A stretch of 62,411 nt of DNA, counting the filler, from Choristocarpus tenellus KU-1152 (Eukaryota > Protista > Phaeophyceae): the NCBI GenBank assembly GCA_964200185.2. It is 13 parts of 13 records of this genome, joined end to end, with 100 filler letters (N's around TTAATTAATTAA, not from the genome) between each part and the next. Parts side by side here need not be neighbours in the genome. Positions count along the whole stretch, not along the records: positions 9,282 to 18,687 come from CAXNAD020003702.1; positions 18,788 to 25,190 come from CAXNAD020008209.1; positions 25,291 to 28,134 come from CAXNAD020024255.1; 10 more parts are not named here. One strand, written 5' to 3'. Positions 15,301 to 27,436 of this stretch are shown in pieces (the stretch's first letter is position 1; each line of letters begins with the position of its first letter). Made by a program: the position numbers and the translations under genes. The notes beneath the pieces were generated by a model. It searched no databases. It was not told the DNA's origin and worked only from the letters and a program-made list of their open reading frames with translations.

Positions 15301-15404
15301 GCTGGGGCGTTTTTTTTCTTGCTCCGCCTAGGTCTTCCGCTTCCCCCTTTCTTCGCCATATGTAACGTCACATAGGCAAGCCGGGGAGAGCTCACCGCAG
15401 GTTT
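9352..15404 (-). CDS. Uncharacterised, probably plastid-targeted membrane protein; exons 15404-15276, 14202-14106, 13632-13418, 9516-9352
   Basis: All four exons have GT/AG ends and compatible phases (0,1,0). Product: KPAVSSPRLAYVTLHMAKKG...EALNAILD|VIPAELQSSFEKFLILGFSGCLAFFVACGVGIGVEAF (hydrophobic helix). Plastid targeting is inferred from the transit-peptide-like start. Confidence 0.7.
11860..12022. repeat. ~75-bp degenerate tandem repeat, probably TE-internal
   Basis: GCCAGCTGGACCAGGTC...ATTGTACTGGTC occurs at ~11860 and ~11936, with weaker flanking partial copies. Confidence 0.6.
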
Positions 15405-16362
15405 CTACTCCAAGGGGTTAGGATAGAGATTAAAAGGATCCATCAGTTATCAAGAGTCAGGATGCAAAATGTGGATGGGTAAAATCGTACTGGGAGTGAG
15501 GTTTGACGACATCAGAAGACTTGCACGCGTGAGGAGAATCCCGAGAGAGGCGATCACAAATTCACGTGAGGTACCTGAAGGGATTATCCACCATCCGGAG
15601 GAACGGTAGACAAATGCTAAGTGCAGGCGCACAGGAGACAACACAGGGGCTTTTGGACGATGTAATGCATCAACTTCAACCGTTCCAACAGCGACTAGGA
15701 TACGAGAACAAGATGCGGAAGTCGTCGGCTAGGTTATGATGCAAGCACGAGTCAAGCGTGGTTCTTCCCGTACAAAAATCATTGCTAACCAAATCAAACA
15801 GTGTATTTCCTATCTTCATGCATCAAACTCTGTGTTGCTGTGTGAAAACATGATCGGGGACTCATGGGGTGGCATTTGAGAAATATGGAAACTTAAACCC
15901 TCCAGATGAACCAATAGGTTGGCCTCAATTAATGCCTAGGCTTGGTAGAAATCTGACTCACCGACGAAATGGACCTCTCCCAACGGGTTGACACCTTCGC
16001 TGCTGGAGGTAAGGTCACCTTGGTGTTGACTGATAGGGAACAAAACGCGAGGCATTGGGTCAAGCACATCAAACACAAAGAACATACCATACCCATCGCC
16101 TTCAATACAGGCTGCTTCATGTCTCCTTCAGATATTTTGTAAATCCACCTTCACACAAGAGACTCAGACAACTCGCACGATGCAATCTAGACTGGAGATA
16201 CACACACCTATCGTGTCTCCCTCACACAAAATGAGTCTTTGCGCGCGGAATGCATTTTATATTCTGGTGGAGATACCCCTTTAAGGCATTTTGGACAAAT
16301 ATTGTTACTTGACTTCACTTCCATCTCCATCTCTACCTTACCTAGTATCAATATAGTGTTTG

Positions 16363-16710
16363 TTGGCAGTCTCCAATTATAGATCAGACAGGTCTTGATT
16401 TTTTTGAAAAGGCAGCCCAAGAAGTTAAACGATGATGAGCATATCGAATGAAAGCCCTTGATCTAAGCTATCGATTTCTGGGAAGAAATTCTTGACAAAA
16501 ATATTTTGGTAAGGTTAAATTTTAACCGAAATATTTTTCGTCACAATCTTGAAAAAGTTTCAGAATGAATTATCACGACTAAAAATATTTTTTGCGGAAT
16601 AATTTCTTGGCGTAAATCGATATCTTAGTTTAAAGTTTCATTTGATATGCTGATCGTTGATTAACTCGTTAGGCAACCTTTTCAAAAATATCAAGATTGG
16701 TAACCGCCAA
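16363..16710. mobile_element. Foldback / long imperfect inverted-repeat element
   Basis: TCTTGATTTTTTTGAAAAGGCAGCC...GCATATCGAATGAAA (16392-) is the imperfect reverse complement of TTTCATTTGATATGC...GGCAACCTTTTCAAAAATATCAAGA (-16696). Confidence 0.8.
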
Positions 16711-16765
16711 AACGGTACATGGGTGGGGCTCGGCTTAGTACTGTTTAAGCCACCCACAGGACACT

Positions 16766-17095
16766 ATGACGTCCAATGAGGTCCGAGTTGTCGCTTGCCC
16801 CTCACAGGGCCCTAATTATGAATTGAACCCGATAGAGATGGTCTGGGGGCGGACGAAGCACTGCGTACGAGGTCACTGTGACTACACGTTGCCTGGAATG
16901 AGAGCTAACATTCCTGTCAGTCTTAAGGAGGAAGGGGGACTGTCCATAGTAACTGTGGAGAGGTTCTTCAGGATGAGTATTGCTTACCGCTTGATATATT
17001 CCAACGAGAAAGGCATGGAGTGCACCAAATTGGACAGGGTGTACAAGACATTTAAGTATCACAGGAGGCCTGCACCTTCAGAACACGTCTCTTGA
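16766..17095 (+). mobile_element. IS630/Tc1-like DDE transposase C-terminal fragment
   Basis: ELNPIEMVWGRTKHCVRGHCDYTL contains the LNPIE.W catalytic-Glu motif. Confidence 0.8.
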
Positions 17096-18050
17096 CTTGG
17101 CATGGATTGTCTCGTTCAGAGGCCTGGGCCTCATGAGCGAGCCTTAGTCAGCAGGTGATAGCATCGCAAAAACGGGAAATAATGGAAAGAGAATGGAGAG
17201 ACAACAACGCCCATGTTCTCCGGGTGAAGATCTATTCTGGTGTCAAAATCAGCCTTAAATGCGCGTTTCACGCGCGGAATACTTGATTTAAGTATGGTCC
17301 TGTATTTCTCACGATTACTGTAAGTTGACCAACCGAGACCCATCAAATAAGGTTAAGCATGCCGATGCGATTACAGCAAACGAATTTTCATGAAAAAAAA
17401 TGTTGTCGATCAAAGTTATGGCACGACAAAGTTGATGCAGGAGGCGACTGGCAACACTGTATCGTGAACTACATACACGACAACCCTTGCCACCTTTGTC
17501 CATGTTATTACACTCTGTACCTATTGGTGTCGTATAATGGCTGCTTTGTTAAGTGACTTTCTACCAAACCAAAATCCCAAATTATTTTGTGCTTTTCTCG
17601 AACACTTTGGTGCATAGCAACAGGAATATAGAAACAATTAATTGTCTATTGTACTGTCGGTGCTGTTAGGACAGAGAAGTCAGCATTGCAGTTAAGACTG
17701 TAGAACTACAATTATCAGTATTTGGTGCTTGAAATGTAGGATCTACAACCATAGTAGTAATAATACCATTTAAAGATCATTTTTACAAAGAAGGATGGGA
17801 GGCAATATTGGATCATTTACAATCTTGTGCCTTGAGGCATGTTTTGGGTAACAGATACACAGACCTGTATGCATTGCACATTACTGTGCTGTCCGACATT
17901 TTGCAAATGCATCTGGGAAAAAGCAAAACCAGTATCATATGGACTGCTGTAAAAGTAACAATTGTCCTAAACATGAAATATATATCTTAAAATATAGTAT
18001 TTACTATCTGAATACCACCAACACTACTACACTCCCTTAAAGGTTGGTAA

Positions 18051-18305
18051 GAGTCAAAGCATCTTAGAGAGTAGGGTCGCGTCCATTTGGGGGCCAAAAT
18101 CCAATGTTGCAATTCTGATGCAATTTTGGCTATCGTGTTTGTTAGGAAGTGTCAATATCCAAGTTCTGGACACATCTTTTCATAGAGTATACATTTTACC
18201 TACTCCTGAACATTTTAGAGTAGGAAAAGGTCATAAAAAAAACGTGGGAAGCCAAGTCCCAAACGGACAAACAGGGCAAGACTTCTACCATCTAAGATGT
18301 CACTC
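18051..18305 (+). mobile_element. MITE family C (TIR GAGTCAAAG[C/T]ATCTTAGA), TAA target-site duplication; PIF/Harbinger-like
   Basis: Terminal inverted repeats, with TAA at 18048-18050 and 18306-18308. Homologous to 43888-44147 and to partial copies at 5216-5280, 5399-5443 and 39772-39826. Confidence 0.85.
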
Positions 18306-18329
18306 TAATTACAATGTTATGCATACATT

Positions 18330-18687
18330 GATGCTATACCTCCAATCGAGCTTGGCCTTCACAAGTGGGTGAGGAGCTAGGGAAGCATCCCAAGAAACTG
18401 ACAGGCCCCTTCTTGCCTATCTGCCTGGTGTCTCCAGCTTGAAACACATGACACGTCTCGAGAGTAGCAGTCATCCGCGAATACAATATTTTTGGCCGCT
18501 CTGCCGGCCTTTGGGAGCCTGAACCCATGGTCGTATATGACCTGGACAAGGATTTGGGTTTATACCCGGTACTGCGACGAAGCGGGTTTTGTTGCTGATC
18601 GTAGGAGCTTGGTAACACATGCTATGCAAAAGAGAGCTACTCAAGTAGAGTATTTTGCTTTGTGTGGTATGGATATGTTTACTAGCG
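18330..18687 (-). mobile_element. LTR-like fragment(s)
   Basis: 18338-18460 matches 42477-42603 (GGGTGAGGAGCTAGGGAAGCATCCC); 18624-18687 matches 25098-25161. Confidence 0.6.
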
Positions 18688-19721
18688 NNNNNNNNNNNNN
18701 NNNNNNNNNNNNNNNNNNNNNNNNNNNNNNNTTAATTAATTAANNNNNNNNNNNNNNNNNNNNNNNNNNNNNNNNNNNNNNNNNNNNGTGTAACAACCGT
18801 TTGCACTTCGTTGAAATACAAGAAGAAATACTCGCTCTATTCGCCTGTAACAGTAAAGTATCTTCCCGCCACATTTTAGTGATTCCTGCTACAGATACAG
18901 GCGGAATGAAGGCGTGCGGTGTCATCAGCTGGGAATATTCTCACTCCAACACGGAACTCGCTAGACCGAGATAGTAATGTGCTGCTCCTCGTGTTCCTCA
19001 CGACTGAGAGTCGATGCATGGTAGGAGGCTACCAAAAACGGCAAACAAAGAGGTTACTGACAATCTGAGAATTCCAGTCGTAGTGGTACTTATGGCAGTA
19101 CCTACAGCAGCATTGTGTAGTCCCTACACACACCAAAAAAAATTAAGATGTACAAAAACTATTATGTTCTTTCCAAATATCATGATCGTCACAACTTTCA
19201 GTCATTTTCATCTTGTCCAAAACATCTGCGAAAAGTCTTCTTATATATCACAGTAAAAATATGTCTGGTACCAATAGTAGTAGTGAAAAATGTGAAAAAA
19301 AACAACACCCCCAAAAAATAGATGAAATAGGGATCCAAAAAAGAGTCTGGGGGCCTTGCTGCCTCTCTACGTATGATTTGATAAAATATTCGTTTGACAG
19401 GAATCGGTTCGTATACCTACCTTATTTAGGTTATTTCATAACAGTAATGATAGTGGTTTGTACTTGCTTACAATGAAACCCTTCTATCGAGTCGAGCGTA
19501 GCTGTAATAAATCAAGGAATCGACTCCATCTACTTTAAGGATCCATTTAAAGTACACAGGCAAATGATTATTGCCTTGGAGCAGTCAACTATGAGACCCA
19601 TTGTGGCACACACACAGCTGAAACTATTAATATAGTTGGCATTGTGAAGGCGATCTATAAACAAGGGAAGAGTATCATAAATCTGTTCAGCTCTGACTTG
19701 CCACTTGACCTGTGTCTCTAC

Positions 19722-20647
19722 CTTGAATGCGTGATATGCCCTGAAATAGCCACTTGTACTGTGATTGATACAAATGTGTGACAGGCTGTCTTCGTTGCGC
19801 CCTTTTTGCTATGCCCCCCAGCTCCCCTACCAACAACTAAATGAGTACCCAGCTCGTACAGGAAATGGTTTGCTTGATGTGCAAAGACACCCGAAGTGTT
19901 GTAGTACTGTGAAGGTGTTAATGTTAAAACCACGAGGGTCAAAAGATTCCGTAGTGGCTATGCTTTCAGGCCTCACCTGCACTAGCTGGAACCTTGTTGT
20001 TCGTAGATGACCCTTATATATGCTGTCTGCTTGAGAATTTTGCAAAGGGTATATCTAATGAAGGAACCTCCTTCACGGTAGGGGGCATTGGCTGCGTTGA
20101 GCAGTGGGCAAGAATGGAATACCGTGCCCATGCAGAAATGCCAGTCAATAGTGAAGGAATTATCATCCTTCAGAGTGCGAGGGATGCCCTTCCGCCTGTA
20201 GATACTGCCCAAGTGCCAGTTGCGTAGTCGTAGCTTGAGTGTGTGCTGCCTTTCACACCAATTTACTTCGATTAATACCCATTCAGAGAACAAAGCCAAA
20301 GTAAACGAGAGGTACCCAGGTTTTGGCCGTTTTACATTTTAAGACATTTTTTTAATCTTTCGCAATTCATCCCTATTCCTACGAATGAAGTGTGAGGTTT
20401 GACATTATAACGTTGAGTTCTTCATCGTTGAGAGCATTTCGACACTATTCAGAAAATCCTGTATGCAATTGAAAATATAGATGAATTTTGAACATATTTG
20501 TCACCATCCTTAAAATGCAACTCTGGGTACCTCTCGCTTACTTTGACTCACAATAGCAGTGACAATGTGACAATTTGAACTTCGATTATTCACCGTATGC
20601 CAATCATCGGGGTATGGAAAGGACCCAACAAGTACTCGGACCTAAGC
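19722..20647 (-). CDS. Tentative micro-exon gene of unknown function; exons 20647-20594, 20195-20123, 20012-19977, 19758-19722
   Basis: Four GT/AG-bounded, phase-compatible exons give LRSEYLLGPFHTPMIGIRRKGIPRTLKDDNSFTIDWHFCMGTGHLRTTRFQLVQYKWLFQGISRIQ. No family recognised. Confidence 0.45.
20293..20549 (-). mobile_element. MITE family A (~257 bp; TIR GAG[C/T]CAAAGTAAACGAGAGGTACCCAG), ACA TSD
   Basis: ~27-bp TIRs with ACA on both flanks; inverted relative to the other three copies. Confidence 0.9.
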
Positions 20648-23600
20648 CTGTTGCCTCATAATAAATAATTAATAAACCTAGCACTTCAAGGTCATAATGG
20701 CGCATACGAAACCGCTATTAAGACTATCGCCTAGTAACGTGCTCCCCACCACGAGGTGTATCTGTTTCAATGCGAAAAACAGGCGATTTAATAAGGAAAC
20801 AAAATGTCACTCCTTATCTTTTCACGAACGTAGCAGAAATTAAATGAATGTCACTTCCGTGTCCTAACATATCAATACCAGTGGAGGGATCCAGCGGAGG
20901 AGGAACCTGGAGGAAAAAAACCCTTCCGACGTTTTCCCTAACGAAAGATATGCTAGCGTGATACTCGTACCTCACACGGCACTCACTCTGCATTTGACTC
21001 GACGTTCAACATAAAATCTCCTACTCCAGAAGTCCTACACTTGTGTCAAAACAGGGTACTGTTTAAAAAAAACTCTCACCCCCCTTCCTTTCAACATTGT
21101 GGAACACAAATTATAAAAATGCACAAACATAAAGTCTCACAATCACAGAGAAATAGGGTGCTGCCATAGAAAGGCTTTCCCTCCTTAATATGTACGAACA
21201 TACAAACAAATACAGAGGTAAATATCTCATAACAACCAAATAATAGGGTGCTGTCATAGAAAGGCTCCACCCCTTCAAAACATAAACACAAATGAATACC
21301 AATGCAAAATCACAGTAACACTGAATGAGGGTGTTGCCATAGACTCTCATGTCTTCTCGTGTCATACCTGCTCTTTCCCGTGTATACATTGGTCACTTTT
21401 GGGAGAAGCGGATAATTTCTTTCCTGTTGAGTTCCTCCCAATCACCATCTTCAAAACGTACACCTCAATGTAGTGACTCGAAACTTCAAACTTTTCCTGA
21501 ACACCACAAGTGTCACTTCCTCTTTTGTCTTTCCATGACTTCTTGTCCCAGTTACCTTTCCTTTCTTTTTGCCCCACTCCTCCTTACTTTTCCACCCCGT
21601 CACTCATTTTCTTCTTATTTCTTTGATTATACAGTCCATCTTGCAGTAAGCCAGTCTTTATCTTTTCGCGTACACTCCTTATCCTACTCCTTATCCTTTT
21701 ATTTTATCCTGCCAAGACTTTAGGTAGCTGTACGTATCTACCACTGCGAATTTCTCATGCCCACAATACTCAGATTTACTCCAAAAGGTCAACCCTTTGT
21801 CACCTTCAAGTTAGTCTAAGAGGTGCTAACACTTTAGAGGTGAGGATGTACATGGAAGAAAAGGCTATTTACACAAAATTTACAATATACGTGATACTTC
21901 CAAAAATACTCCAGAGGACACGAAGAACGAGCCCAGAAAAACACAATATTCGAGGGAAGTTTTTAAAAATTACTGTGTGAGGAACGTCTTCCTGCTGTTA
22001 ATATCCATGGTTATGGTGTGAGTCTACTTCTACAAGGAGAGGGAGGAGTGTGGTGGTGTCACTCTTCCAGACGACATGTACGAGATGATGTCTTGGCTTT
22101 GGGACACATATATACGAAGTATCACACGTCAACCTATTTTTTTTTATTGAGAATTGATGGAAAGAGCATTTATCATACGTGGGGAAAAAAACAACCCCAG
22201 CCTGTATGCGGTAATCGGTGGGGATGTACTGCAGATTCCTGGAGTGATACACCTACATAATATGTTGAAGAGCCACGCATGGGAGAAATATTTTTGCTCA
22301 TCAAATGTAAATGTGCCACTGAATGTTGTGTAGTGCAAAGTAATAATATGTTGAGCCCCCCACCCCATATATTGTTGTGCCTCGAAATCCCAAGTATTCC
22401 TGCTTCCAGAGTGTTTGCACATGTGGTAAGCAAGACTCAGGCCAACATATACTTAGCATTGCCACATATTTGACAGATACCCCCAGCAGTATAATCTACA
22501 AGGTAGTTCTGTGGCATATAACATACAGCAAGGGTGGTCCTCTGAGGACCTCAAGAGGTTGTCACCACTGTTCAAAGGTTAATCTATTTGGTGGAGAGAG
22601 GCTACCATGGGTGCGTGGATGATTTCAATGATCAGAGTGGTGACTCATTGGAGCAAAAGGGGCAACGACATTTATGCATGCAGTGAAAGTGCAGATAGTA
22701 TGGTTTTAGGATATCCGCTCATTATTGATCAATTGGGTACCATAATGGTCCAACCTTGAAACTTGCCCCCTCAAGTTGGATGGGATGGATGCCTTTCGGT
22801 GATTTCATTGCACCCTCTGATCCAGTGTACTAAGGCAGGCGGATTTCAGTTCAAATCATCAAGATTTTCTGTCACGAGGTTAAACAAATATTATTTATTA
22901 TCAGGTTTTCGTCCCTTCTCATTTTATTTCATGATACGCTAGATTGAACAAGAAGAAGCAACATAATATCAACCTTGCCGGCGTCGACTGGGACAGTATG
23001 CTCAACGAGATGGACCTGATTGAGGAGTACAAGCGCGAACCTAGATGCATTTCTACTCGAAATACTTCCCCAGGTACCACGTCTGAAAGTGTCACAGTTC
23101 ACCACACTCCCCTCATTGGAGCAGTGCAACTACCAACGATGTCGATGTTTTCCTCCAATCTGAAAAGGATCATGGTGTTGCCTCCCATAAACGTGCATTC
23201 AAGCATACCATTGGTCTGTATTACGGTGAGAGGTGGATGACTCAGCAGGGAAATAAGTGAAGGGGCAACAGAGATTAGTGTGGGTAGACGTCTTGTGTGG
23301 GGACTATATCGCAAGCAATGTATAGGGAATAGATCAATCTTCATTATAGATAGTGTGACTCGGCCCAGCGTTTTACTACACCACAATTTGGTTGTGGTAC
23401 TTGAGGTCTTGATGTAATTGGAGGAGTGATGAAGGACAAAACAAGGGCAAAGGAGACATGTATAGGAATGCACATCCATGTTACAGTTGTCGCATTCCAA
23501 TTTCTAAAGTTAAAGGACGGCAAAGTAGAGGAGACCAAGGGAAAATCCAAGTGGACACCATACGACCCAACGATCTGACAAAAACTTCTTGCCCGTTCAA

Positions 23601-24479
23601 GAGTATCATGACGATATATAACTTAATGTGTGCGTTAACTTGACTGTGAGAACAGACAGGAAGGACAATCTGTGGTGATGTAATATCTTCAACCAAGAGG
23701 ATGATGTCGGGAAGGAAATCTCGTTGAAGGTGAACAATGGGATCGGGAATAGACATCAGATTATCATATGGTTAAATTGTAATGATTGCACCATCCTCAT
23801 TAAAAATAGGACGTACATGAGGTTTAGGTATCGCAGTCTCTCCTGCTTCTTCTGTACTTTGTGGAAGAATCACAATTGAAGTAGTGAAACCTCAGTATGT
23901 AATTACCAGTGAGGTCTGATTTTGTTTTAAGTACATTATTTGTAGAAAAGTTTAAAGATGAAACTTAACGACGATGATGATGATGACTTACATACAAGGG
24001 ATTGGAGGGGAGTGGTGTAACGTAGATGGTATTGAAATAGTAAATTGAAAATATCTTTGAAATTTCCAATAATAACTGTTAGTTTTATATGATATGGATA
24101 CGGTTTATTGTTTTTTCTGATGAGACATTTCCGAAGTGTAAGGGACAAAATATAATAATATATACTTGAATATTAAAATATTTATAAATGATGATGAAGA
24201 TGATACCCTGTATTTTCAAGTGTAATGTAGAGATAAATATCTTGTATTAGTAGCATGTTTGCGTATCTTGTAGTAGCACGTTTTCGCAAAGTGATACACA
24301 TTATCCAAATTTACAACTACATTATCCAAATAACAGTGATAAGCAAATCCACAACGAAAATCAGATTGTGCAAAATGAAATTTACTATTTAAAAGAAAAA
24401 ATTCAAAAAACAAGAAAGGCCACCCGAAGGTGACGGGCAAATTTAAATATCTTCAACAACAGGGTTAGTGGGTCTGTTG

Positions 24480-25190
24480 TGACGAAAAAGCAGTCTGCCG
24501 TACGTAGCCTGTGTTAGCTAGCTTCCGTCTATTTCAACCCTCACTCGACATTCCTCAGTGGATTGAGCGATGGAGGTAGGTTTTTGTCCGAATGGTGTTG
24601 ACTTCTATCGCTCGCTCTGTCTGTGGCTAAAGCAAGCTTTGCTTCGAATCATAGGCTGGGGAACAGATGTGACGGGTCGAACGGGTTTCCATGCATTGCT
24701 TTTTGGAATGAACAAGGTTCGTATTTTGCAGGAACCGAAGCAGGTTGTTTTTTTACGGCAGCACAGACAGCGGGCGAGCAGTTCTGGGTTAAAACAGGTT
24801 GAAGCAACAGTGCGAGGGTTGCCAGTACATTGTCAACCTCTTGGTGTGGAAGTGAAGTATGGCTTGATACCTCATCGTGCATAGACGTCCTGTTCTGACG
24901 AGGTAGTCCTAGTTCCTGCCTAACGGTCAGGGCTTTGGCTGAGCCAGCGAAAGGGTGGGACATGATAGCAAACATAACGCGCATCTCCCATGGTACCCAA
25001 ACCATTTTGAGCCTTGTCCTTGTCCAATGCACCATTTTGTGTAGAATTTTAGTTGGCTAAAACTATTGCAAATTGGTCGCTTTGATGGGATAAATCTATG
25101 CAAAAGAGAACTACTCAAGTAGGGTATTTTGCTTTGTGTGGTATGGATATGTTTATTAGCGGAGTGAGCGCAGCCCTCGGTGGTGGGGGG
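24480..25190 (-). mobile_element. Ty3/gypsy-like 5' relic: LTR end, tRNA-Gly-type PBS, degenerate gag
   Basis: Minus strand reads ...CTACACA-AAA-TGGTGCATTGG (PBS 25034-25024). Region 24570-25000 is homologous to 60125-60560, which lies upstream of a retropepsin motif. Confidence 0.65.
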
Positions 25191-26978
25191 NNNNNNNNNN
25201 NNNNNNNNNNNNNNNNNNNNNNNNNNNNNNNNNNTTAATTAATTAANNNNNNNNNNNNNNNNNNNNNNNNNNNNNNNNNNNNNNNNNNNNGGACGCCGAC
25301 ACCCCCCCCCCAGATACTTTGACCCATTTGGCTTCTCCGCTACAGTCACTACCTCCTACGGGGGATCAGGTACATTTCAAGTATGGGAATGGGGTGCCGG
25401 GTAGAAAGGAGGTTTTATACGGCCCCAAATTACTCAAATAAAAGGGGCTACTTTGACCCCCTCCTAAGATGGGATGGCTCTCTCATTGCAGGTTTTGACG
25501 TGGAGGGGGACAAGCGTTTTATTGGAGCAGGCATCCCAAACGCCCAATTTTCCACTCATTCTATTATGCAAGAGGAAAACTTTCCTCAGGACAGCTCCCA
25601 TGGGTTTGCTCACACACATTTCCCCACTGTCCTTTCCTCCTGGAGCTGTTGGAGCACTGTGGGTACTGACGTTGGGAGTCTCACCTCCTCTTTCTCCCCC
25701 CTACATGTCACCCACGCACAGCACTGCCCCTTGTACTACCCCATTCTGGTCACCAATGGTCGGCAGTAGCCTGCTATGGTTATTGTTGTACATGAGAGAC
25801 AGGAGTACTTGACAGGGCTGCTACTTCACAGCATTGTCACAACGTGCTCAGTGTGTTTTCTCTTGATTAATATAATTCTGTTCATAAAGAGTGGAGAAAT
25901 AATTACAACCCGAAATAGGGACCAAAGCACACAACAGAAAGTTGCAAAGGACGACCTGAAGAGAAGGAAAGAGCATCTTTGCACTGTTCCTCCGAGGAAC
26001 AAACACAAACGCAGCAACACAATTGGAGCTCAGACCAAACTCTCACATCGGGCTACCTCTGGTTGAGTTGACTAGATATAGTTGCATGCATCCCGTGCTA
26101 TGCTTTTGGTGATAGCTACTATTGTCTCAAGGATCCTCGAACTAGATGGATATGGCTGCGGTTGATTGACAGTCCCCCTTGGTATCACCATTGTTGTGAC
26201 CTATATCACACACAACAAGCCATGCGACCTTTTCATTTTTCCAGGATGGTACCTGCACACACGTTTGAAGTGATTGACTGTGCCTGCACCTGGTGCCAAA
26301 CATGGGGAAGGCAAGTATACCTTGGGGGCGTTTTACTTGGAATGCACTCAGTATCCTCGGCAACCAATGCTCTATTTCAGTCTGGTACTGTTTGCCCTTC
26401 TACTCACACTCATTGTTCCCAACGCAATGAAACACCTCTCTGGGTGCCAGAAAGTTTGATTTGTAGGCAATCATCCTGACGATGATTGGTTTTGCAACCT
26501 ACTTTTGGCCAGTCAAAACGGACAAAGTGTAGTTGTCATTCAAATTCTATTTGGGCGCAATGCGGTGAGGACTTCACTTCATCGTGCCTTCCAAGACATG
26601 GAAGTTGGAGCAGGCTGCATATCCGCACAAGCGCACAGACAAAACCTTGTGAGCTCACTATTAATAAATATGAAATGTGTATTTTTTGAGGCGTTATTGG
26701 TGAGTACGTACGCCTGTGCCCTCCCTTCAGAAAAGGTGTGTTGAGTTGTGGGTATTGAATCACTGGGATTAAATAAATAAGGGATTCACAAAATTTACCT
26801 CCAAAGAAGTGATTATTTGGAAAGACATATTTGTCCCCTTCAGAATGAACCACACCCAAGCTAACTCACTGAAGTCCACAAGACAAGATTGTGCATGGTG
26901 ACTCTATGGACAATGGGGGTGGGTACCCAGATCAAGGGAATGATGGCAACCCGCCAACAAACAGTTCTATGGCCTCCC

Positions 26979-27239
26979 GATTCAAAGTGAACGAGAGGTA
27001 CCCACAGTTGCATTTCAAGGATGCTGGAAAATATATGCAAATTTGACTTTTATACAAAAGCGTATAGGATATTTTCTGAACTGTGTCGGAAAGTTTAAAC
27101 AATAGAGAAATAAACGCTTTCAACTCATACTTAGAACTTCATCCGTAGAATTATGGGTGAATCGCAATAGATTGAAAAAACAAACGACTAATATCGAACA
27201 AAAGGACAAAATCTGGGTACCTCTGGTTTATTTTGGCTC
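26979..27239 (+). mobile_element. MITE family A copy
   Basis: Same TIRs and internal sequence as 20293-20549; flanks CCC/TCC. Confidence 0.85.
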
Positions 27240-27253
27240 TCCTGCATACTAAG

Positions 27254-27436
27254 GGCTTAAGGTATCTGGGAGGGGGGAGGTGTCTACACCAGAGTGTCCA
27301 TTCGACCCATGACCAGGAGAAGTGAACTTACTTTATCCATCCAACACATGCAACCAAATCACCAAAAATTGCGACATGAAAAAATGGGCCCCGAATAGAC
27401 AGTCACCTCCCTCCCCCCCCCGAGATACTTTGATCC
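27254..27436 (-). mobile_element. MITE family B copy
   Basis: GGCTTAAGGTATCTGGG...CGAGATACTTTGATCC; internal sequence is the reverse complement of 56772-56948. Confidence 0.8.

Noticed and set aside
4660-17095. Fanzor/TnpB cargo associated with the IS630/Tc1 fragments
   Set aside because: No RuvC or zinc-finger motifs seen in adjacent frames; the two fragments are short relics on different contigs.
21125-21345. Three copies of AGGGTG[CT]TG[CT]CATAGA at ~85-90 nt spacing, CRISPR-like at first sight
   Set aside because: Intervening segments resemble each other (degenerate tandem repeat), the context is eukaryotic and there are no cas genes.
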